DNA from: Eledone cirrhosa
Lineage: Eukaryota
DNA: 64,000 nt
Reading direction: 5' to 3'
NCBI GenBank assembly: GCA_964016885.1
Contig: OZ024740.1
Span: 352,470,001-352,534,000, forward strand
Shown: one piece after another, positions 55,801-64,000 of the stretch
Position numbering within the stretch: the stretch's first letter is position 1
How the letters are laid out: each line of letters begins with the position of its first letter
Program-made: the position numbers and the translations under genes
The notes under the pieces: model-generated
The model's database searches: none
What the model was told of the DNA's origin: nothing
What the model saw: the letters and a program-made list of their open reading frames with translations, nothing else

Positions 55801-56533
55801 TGTCTTGGTATTTTAACGATAGTTATAGCTCTGATTTATCTAAATTATTGAGCCCTCTGCCACTCATGTCGAATTTTGTTTATCGTGAACTCGTGCACCG
55901 ATTTTTCGATACTCGATTATTCTACTATATTTAGCTCTAGACTTAGCTATTGACCAGTTAATTTTATTGTTCATTTTTTGTCGATCCTATTAAATGATGA
56001 ATAGCTCCTGTTTATTTTAACATGTCTATTGAGCACTCTTATTCGATATGTGATTTTCCACATTCCCGAATATTTTTCGCGGATATAGAGGTTATCTCCC
56101 TTGCTGGATTCCATGTGCGTTTTCAGCTAGGGTTGGCTTTTTTATTCGTTTGGACAAAGCTCGTTGATAAAGTATTTCCTGTCCGCCGCTCTCTAGAAGT
56201 CTTATATATTTTTATGTGTGCTGATAGTGGGCGGTTTAAGGATTTACAGAAACCCAAGAAGCTAGTTTTACCATCTTTCTAGTGGGTCCGGGTAAGCTTT
56301 TTACATTCATATGATTTATTGATTTATTGATATTTTATCTGAGTGACCCGAATCTTCCTGATCGTAATTTTTCGGTCGTATGGTTGATTTTAGACATAAT
56401 CTATGTGTGTTGGTATTTTAACGATAGTTATAGCTCTGATTTATCTGAATTATTGAGCCCTCTGCCACTCATGTCGAATTTTGTTTATCGTGAACTCGTG
56501 CGCCGATTTTTCGATACTCGATTATTCTACTAT
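55801..56533. repeat. Unclassified partial-tandem element: ~128-bp direct repeats, 605-bp period
   Basis: ggtattttaacgatag...gattattctactatat occurs at 55807 and 56412 with only a few substitutions. It is flanked by TA microsatellite. Confidence 0.8.
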
Positions 56534-56792
56534 ATATATATACATATATACACACACATATATATTAATAACAATAATAATAATAACAACAACAACAATA
56601 ATAATAACGACAACAACAATAATAATATACATATATATCTACACACACACACACACACGATAGCAACTAACAGCGCTGCGATCGAATGTGGCTTTTTAGC
56701 CCAGCCAATGATCTAAAATGTCTTGCACATACATACATACATATATATATATACATACATATATAATTATATACATACATACACATACATAT

Positions 56793-56823
<31 letters not shown>

Positions 56824-56859
56824 CATACATATATACATACATACATACATATATATTAG

Positions 56860-58253
56860 AGTAAACATTGATGCAATTCAATTCAAGCACTCAACGTACT
56901 TTTTCCACATAGGAGTGACGGAGTAAATATCGAATAAGGAAAAGCGAAGTAGTTTCAGATGTTCAAGTCCTTTAATAATAATGCTGTGATATATATTTCA
57001 GTGACGACACTGGCCACACTGTTCTGTGTGCGAGTGTCGTGTCATCATCAGACAGCTTGTTACATAATAAGGTTATGTTTCCGAGGCAATCCAAATTGGA
57101 TCGACAAGGGAACGGATGAATTGCGTGTTCTTGGGTTTTTCATCCGCTCCCTTGTGAGCACCAATTCACCCCCACCGGCCTGCGCAAGCACATGTCCGAA
57201 GGAAGTTGACCATTCGCCACCGCAGACTTCAACGAAATTTGCTTAGTCAGTTCACCCTGTCATCCAAAACAATGGCCCACCAATGCCTGTACCATATTTT
57301 ACTGCTACCCATCACGGCTGTGGCAGTCAGTCGAGAGCCAGAGGGGATGGGAGAGTGTTAGTTTTTACAGGTCATAATACTACCCCTCACTAAGCGTTGA
57401 CGGTACGACTAACCATCACCTTATTAGGGAAAATAAACTTATTCTAGGTATCATGGTTTTACGTTGGAAGTTAAGAGTGAGAGTTGGAAATAAAAATTAA
57501 AATCCTAAATCAAATATCAGAAATTATAAATTAAACAATTAAGAAATTAACAATTAGAAATTAAAGAATTAAAAAAAGAATTTAAAAAAATTCTCTTCAG
57601 GTGATAATTCGGATTGAGGTGAGTAAATAATATAGAGAGAGGTGTTTAAGTAATATGTTCTGAGAGGGATTCTAGTGTCACAGTTACTCTATCCACATTG
57701 AACGACGGTGTCGTACATTATAACTACAGGGCTCCAGGCATTAGTGAATCTGGTACACAGTCCTAATTTCCATCACATGGAACAAAATCAAAGAAAAACA
57801 GACATAAAGTACACAAAAGAAAAGAACAGAACCAACAGTGAATAAATGCAAAAACACAGAGTACATATATGATCCATATGATTGTCCATCTGTCCATGTA
57901 TAGATTGAATTGAGGGGGCCTCTGTTCAAGTGCGATTTGGTGCAGGAAAATAGGGGTTTATCCTATTATTTGTTTCCGCGTATTTATCCTGCCGAAAGTT
58001 ATTATGTCCGTCCAGTGTAAGGGGTTTCCATCCCCATGGTAGAGGGAATTTCCGGGGTAGCTTATGGTTGGTTCCTCTCTTCTCCACCATATCGGTTACA
58101 TCGTAAAGCGCTCAACTATTGGAGCTAAATTATTAGGGTAAACATTGATGCAGTTCAATTCAAGCACTCAACGTACTTTTTCCACATCGGAGTGACGGAG
58201 TAAATATCGAATAAGGAAAAGCGAAGTAGTTTCAGATGCTCAAGTCCTTTAAT
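56860..58253 (-). mobile_element. Hammerhead-bearing non-coding element, left copy (1277-bp unit plus ~115-bp terminal direct repeat)
   Basis: The block gtaaacattgatgc...gtcctttaat occurs at 56861 and 58138. This copy is the reverse complement of 58261-59912. Confidence 0.75.
56983..57056 (-). ncRNA. Type I hammerhead ribozyme-like motif (left copy)
   Basis: Exact reverse complement of the motif at 59784-59857. Confidence 0.6.
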
Positions 58254-58374
58254 CAAATCCTATTATTAAAGGACTTGAACATCTGAAACTACTTCGCTTT
58301 TCCTTATTCAATATTTACTCCGTCACTCCTATGTGGAAAAAGTACGTTGAGTGCTTGAATTGAACTGCATCAAT

Positions 58375-58720
58375 CATCATCATCATCATCATCATTTCAT
58401 TTTACGTCCGCTTTTTCCCTGCTTGCAAGGGTGGGACGGGAATGATGCTGGCTTGATTTCTACAGCTGGATGCCCTTCCTAACACCAACCTCATTTACAG
58501 TGAGTGCTGGGTGCTTTTTTGCCGTGGCACCTCCACGACCACTTTGCAGTGGAATGATAGGGACCGCAATCCTATCATCTCATTTCTACAGCTGAGTAAA
58601 CTGGAGCAATGTGAAATAAAGTGTCTTGCTCAAGGAAACAACACATCACCCGGTCTGAGAATTGAACTCACAACCTTTCGATTGCAAGGCCAATGCTCTA
58701 ACCACTAAGCCATGTGCCTC
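58375..58720 (-). mobile_element. tRNA-derived SINE with RTE-derived 3' tail
   Basis: On -, the head has A box tggcttagtggt and B box gagttcaattc. The tail cccttgcaagcagggaaaaagcggacgtaaaatga(tga)n matches the RTE end at 7058-7098. The insert is flanked by caat/caat. Confidence 0.85.
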
Positions 58721-59783
58721 CAATGTTTACCCTAATAATTTAGCTCCAATAGTTGAGCGCTTTACGATGTAACCGATATGGTGGAGAAGAGAGGAACCAA
58801 CCATAAGCTACCCCGGAAATTCCCTCTACCATGGGGATGGAAACCCCTTACACTGGACGGACATAATAATAACTTTCGGCAGGATAAATACGCGGAAACA
58901 AATAATAGGATAAACCCCTATTTTCCTGCACCAAATCTATACATGGACAGATGGACAATCATATGGATCATATATGTACTCTGTGTTTTTGCATTTATTC
59001 ACTGTTGGTTCTGTTCTTTTCTTTTGTGTACTTTATGTCTGTTTTTCTTTGATTTTGTTCCATGTGATGGAAATTAGGACTGTGTAGCAGATTCACTAAT
59101 GCCTGGAGCCCTGTAGTTATAATGTACGACACCGTCGTTCAATGTGGATAGAGTAACTGTGACACTAGAATCCCTCTCAGAACATATTACTTAAACACCT
59201 CTCTCTATATTATTTACTCACCTCAATCCGAATTATCACCTGAAGAGAATTTTTTTTAATTCTTTTTTTAATTCTTTAATTTCTAATTGTTAATTTCTTA
59301 ATTGTTTAATTTATAATTTCTGATATTTGATTTAGGATTTTAATTTTTATTTCCAACTCTCACTCTTAACTTCCAACGTAAAACCATGATACCTAGAATA
59401 AGTTTATTTTCCCTAATAAGGTGATGGTTAGTCGTACCGTCAACGCTTAGTGAGGGGTAGTATTATGACCTGTAAAAACTAACACTCTCCCATCCCCTCT
59501 GGCTCTCGACTGACTGCCACAGCCGTGATGGGTAGCAGTAAAATATGGTACAGGCATTGGTGGGCCATTGTTTTGGATGACAGGGTGAACTGACTAAGCA
59601 AATTTCGTTGAAGTCTGCGGTGGCGAATGGTCAACTTCCTTCGGACATGTGCTTGCGCAGGCCGGTGGGGGTGAATTGGTGCTCACAAGGGAGCGGATGA
59701 AAAATCCAAGAACACGCAATTCATCCGTTCCCTTGTCGATCCAATTTGGATTGCCTCGGAAACATAACCTTATTATGTAACAA

Positions 59784-59857
59784 GCTGTCTGATGATGACA
59801 CGACACTCGCACACAGAACAGTGTGGCCAGTGTCGTCACTGAAATATATATCACAGC
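59784..59857 (+). ncRNA. Type I hammerhead ribozyme-like motif (right copy)
   Basis: Stem I GCTGT/ACAGC; core CTGATGA at 59789-59795; stem II TGAC(AC)GACACT/AGTGTCGTCA plus CACAC/GTGTG; GAAA at 59841-59844; palindromic stem III (A)TATATA(T); cleavage triplet ATC. Two extra nt (CT) before GAAA deviate from consensus. Confidence 0.6.
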
Positions 59858-59909
59858 ATTATTATTAAAGGACTTGAACATCTGAAACTACTTCGCTTTT
59901 CCTTATTCG

Positions 59910-59911
<2 letters not shown>

Positions 59912-59940
<29 letters not shown>

Positions 59941-59990
59941 CATACATACATACATATACATACATATACATACATACATACATACATATA

Positions 59991-60022
<32 letters not shown>

Positions 60023-60257
60023 CATACATATATATACATACATACATATATACATACATACATATATACATACATATATACATACATACATACATACACA
60101 CACATACATACACACACATACATACATACATATACATACATACATATACATACATACATACATATATATATACATACATACATATATATATACATACATA
60201 CATATATATATACATACATACATATATATATATACATACATACATACATATACATAC

Positions 60258-60291
<34 letters not shown>

Positions 60292-60300
60292 ACATACATA

Positions 60301-60332
<32 letters not shown>

Positions 60333-60394
60333 CATATATATATACATACATACATATATATATACATACATACATATATATATATATACATACA

Positions 60395-60426
<32 letters not shown>

Positions 60427-60511
60427 CATACATACATACATATATACATATATATATATACATACATACATACAGATACATACATATATATATACATACA
60501 TACATATATAT

Positions 60512-60544
<33 letters not shown>

Positions 60545-60625
60545 TACATACATATATATATACATACATACATATATATATACATACATATATATATACA
60601 TACATACATACATATATATATATAC
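59912..60625. repeat. (TACA)/(TA) microsatellite
   Basis: Direct inspection. The same strand motif lies at 56725-56856 on the other side of the palindrome. Confidence 0.97.
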
Positions 60626-63600
60626 ATCATCATCATCATCATCATCAGGTTTAGCGTCCGTGTTCCACGCTTGCATGGGTTTGGACGGGGGTTTTCCCAC
60701 TTGAGGCAAGAGTGGTTGTCTTGCTCGCATAGGACTGTCTGGCGGGTTTTCTACAGTTGGATGCCCTTCCTAACACCAACCACATTTACAGTGTGGGGCT
60801 GGGAGGTTTTTACCGTGTTGCCTACACGGCCACATTTACAGCGTGGACTGTGTGTTTTTTTGTCGTGACACCTACACGATCTCATTTGTTTCAGCCTGGA
60901 TGTTGTGGCACCAACATAACTTTACATTGAAAGGGGCGGTGTGGGTGGGGTGGAGGGACGGGGGGGGGGGGGGTTTGATAGAGATGCCTACTGACTGTAG
61001 TAGGTTTTTACTTTGTATTTAGGTAAGGCGGGTCTTCTCCATTACTGAGTACCGCCAAAGGTCTCGGTCCAGTGACATTGTCTTGGAGAGGTGTAAGCGT
61101 GTGAGGTCGGAATTTATCAGCTCGTCCCATGTTTTTCTGGGTCTGCCTACTCCGTGGCCACCGTCTATCTTTATTGCCCTGCACTTTGTTATACAGCTGT
61201 CGTCTTTCATGCGCATCACGTGACCGTACCAACGTAGCCTTCTCTCGAGTAAACAAAATCTGATCCCTCTTATTTCTAATTTTTTCCTTAGTTCGTTTAT
61301 GCTTTGCCGTTCACGTATATTACTATTGCACATCCAGCGGAGCATGCAAGCTTCGTTCCTCTCTAGTCTGCGTATATCCTCTGCACACAATGCCCAGGTC
61401 TCACTGCCATGCAACATTGCTGTTCGTATGCAGGCATCGTATAACCTGCCTTTCATTTTTAGGGAGAACCCTCTAGCGGCTAATAGTGGTATAAGCTCTC
61501 TGAACTTTTTCCATCCAGTTCTGACTCTAGCTACTGTACTTTAAGAGCACCCTCCCCCACTGCTGATTTTGTCACCCAGGTAACGGAAGCTGTCCACTAT
61601 TTCTATAGAACCCTCTGCGCAGTTGAAGGAGCTAGTATTTTGTGGGCACTTGCTGCTACTTATTGCACCAGAGCACCGGCCACATGTAAAATCTATGTTC
61701 TTAGTTAGCTTACCTGTGATCCCACTACATCTTTTATGCACCCATACTTTGCATTTGGGACATAAAATGGAGTTTCTACCTACGCCTTTCCTACACACTG
61801 AGCATGGCCATTTCCCAGATGGGACTGCCGCCTTATTTTCTTTCCTACAAACTAGAACTTTAGTCTTAGCCAGGTTAATTTTAAGGCCTTTTGATTCTAG
61901 GCCGTGCTTCCATGTTTGGAATTTCTTCTCTAGTTCGGTCATTGATTCAGCTATGAGCGTTAGATCATCTGCGTATAGGAGTTCCCATGGGCAGCCGGTC
62001 TTGAACTCCTCTGTTATAGCCTGAAGGGCAATAATAAATAGTAGGGGGCTAAGAACAGAGCCCTGATGGACACCAACTTTTACGCTAAACTCTTCACTAT
62101 ATTCGTTGTTAATTCTAACCTTACTGACTGTTTCTTTATACATGGCTTGTATAGCTCTCACAAGCCATTCGTCAACACCTAGTTTTCTAAGAGACCACCA
62201 GATAATGGAACGGGGGACTCTGTCGAAGGCTTTCTCCAAGTCGACGAAAGCTAAGTATAGGGGTTTACTTTTAGCTAGGTACTTCTCCTGTAGTTGTCGT
62301 ACAATGAAAAGAGCGTCTGTGGTACTTTTGCCTGACACAAATCCGAACTGCATTTCATCTAGATCAATTCTCTCTCTGATTAGTTGCGCTATTACTTTTT
62401 CCGTGACCTTCATGACCTGGTCGATTAATTTAATGCCTCTATAGTTACTCCTATCTAGGGCATCTCCTTTTCCCTTATAGCAGTTAACGATGATGCTGCT
62501 ACGCCAGTCCTTCGGAACAACCCCATTCTGTACGACTTGGTTAACTATCCGGGTGACCATGGTGTGTCCACCGAACCAGATGCCTTCAGCATCTCAGCAA
62601 CTATTTCCGAAGGACCAGCCGCCTTACCCGTCTTCATATCTTTGATTGCCTTGCTTATTGTACTACCCTGGACTAACACTGCTGGTCCCTCTATTGGGTT
62701 GATGCGGGGGAGACTGTCTTTCTCCCATTTGTTCTCCTCATTTAGAAGCCTTTCGTAGTGACACTTCCAAGCTACCTTCTTATCAGCGTCGGTGATGGCA
62801 AGTATGCCATCATCGTTAAGTACACACTTCTCCCCGACAATATCATGGTTTTTCTTGACACATTGCCTGGCAATCCTGTACACCTCACGTTGTAGAACAT
62901 GCTTGAACTTTCTTTCCTCTGCTTCCCTTCTTGCGAAGTACACTTGTCTCCTAGCTTCCCTCCTGGCCACCTGATAGTCTTCTCTACTTCCCCCATCCCG
63001 CCATGCTTTCCAAGCCTGCTTTTTGGCCTTAATTGACTCCTCCACCTTACTGTTCCACCACCATGTTACTCTCCTCCTACCTACAAGCCTGCTCCAGCCA
63101 CAGACTTCATCTGCCGCCGTCAGCAGGTTTGCTCTCAGGAATTCCCACTGTTCCTCTATATTATACGACTCTAATTGCTCTTCCTTACTGTCGAAAGCGT
63201 CAAGTAATATGCTTTGAAATTTATTTCTGACTATGGGGTCCTTTAGCTTCCATATTTTTCTCCTGAGGATAGTCCTCTTCCGCTGTCTAGTACGTCTCGT
63301 CCTGACTATGAGGTCGCTAATTATCAGTCTATGTTGGGAGGTGAATTCTTCATGGGGGAGGGATTTAGTGTTAACAACAGACACTCTGTCACGTCTTCTG
63401 GTAAGGATATAATCTACCTGGCTTGTGTGTTCCCCCGATCTATAGGTGATCAAGTGATTGTCTCGTTTTTTGAAGTTAGTGTTACAGATAGTTAAGTTAT
63501 TTGCGTCGCAGAATTCCAGGATTCTGGAGCCTTCCTCATTTCTAGTACGAACCCGTAGCCTCCATGGATTCCGTCATAGCCGTCACAATGTTGTCCAACG

Positions 63601-64000
63601 TGACCATTTAGGTCGCCTGCAATAACTCTATAGTCACTGTCGGTTATTTGGGAGGTAGCGAGCATCAGTGTCTCGTAGAATCTGTCTTTTATAGCACCGG
63701 GCAGTCCGGATTGTGGTGCGTACGCAGATATTACTGTCACCGTAGTTTTATTGAGGACAAGTCTTATTTAATTATTCTGTCGTTCACTCTATTTACGTCT
63801 ATTATCTTATCTGCCCACTTTTCTGCTACCATGATTCCTACCCCACCCAGAAAAGCTTATAGCATCGTTCTTTACCCACGATGAATCTAGCCGACCCACC
63901 CCTCCACCTGGTCTCTTGAATACAACAAACATCGACCTCCTTACGTTCAAGCATTTCTACAACCTCGTTAGAGCGACCCTTTAAGGTGCCTACATTCATG
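60625..64000 (-). mobile_element. Long RTE LINE (APE endonuclease, RT, Cys-rich insert, 3' UTR), inactivated; runs off the window end
   Basis: Endonuclease motifs NVGTL, QET, SAYAPQ, GDLNGHVG, SQVDYIL and SQHRL, plus RT motifs. There are frameshifts and a GAA-to-TAA stop at 61541. It has a (cat)n tail and is closely similar to 39770-42119. Confidence 0.95.

Larger units (their letters stand above)
58261..59912 (+). mobile_element. Hammerhead-bearing non-coding element, right (inverted) copy, interrupted by a SINE
   Basis: Near-perfect reverse complement of the left copy. The terminal repeat tattattaaaggacttgaac occurs at 58261 and 59860. Confidence 0.75.

Noticed and set aside
49105-55816. 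Very long ORFs (up to 2209 aa) rich in Y/I/M/C/V/H/T
   Set aside because: They are translations of a stop-free TA/CA microsatellite, and some run through the N gap.
57590-57760. Possible rRNA fragment within the palindrome arm
   Set aside because: I could not recognise any conserved rRNA motif here.
56959-59881. Two identical 95-aa ORFs on opposite strands (56959-57246 and 59594-59881)
   Set aside because: They are mirror images from the palindrome, have no recognisable domain and are antisense to the hammerhead motif.

Overview
This is AT-rich, intron-rich, repeat-dense animal DNA, most likely octopus or another cephalopod (inferred from the SINE/LINE content, not proven). It holds two convergent protein genes, both read by hand from splice sites. 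On +, 11 phase-consistent exons of Polycomb PRC2 subunit SUZ12 run from 8075 to 31941; its N-terminal exons were not found in the window. On -, five exons of a divergent ACOT8/TesB-family acyl-CoA thioesterase run from 45034 to 34752. The rest is mostly Tx1/L1, RTE and CR1 LINE remnants, tRNA-derived SINEs, MITEs, a probable solo LTR, a 200-N gap and a 6.1-kb (TA/TACA) microsatellite. The most striking structure is a ~3-kb near-perfect palindrome at 56860-59912. It consists of two head-to-head copies of a non-coding ~1.28-kb element. Each copy has a partial-tandem terminal repeat and a type I hammerhead-ribozyme-like motif, and each copy's 5' end lies 7-11 nt after the predicted cleavage site, suggesting a non-autonomous Penelope-like/retrozyme-like element. 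SUZ12 also shows a candidate frame-preserving 39-nt micro-exon in the VEFS box and possible alternative C-termini.
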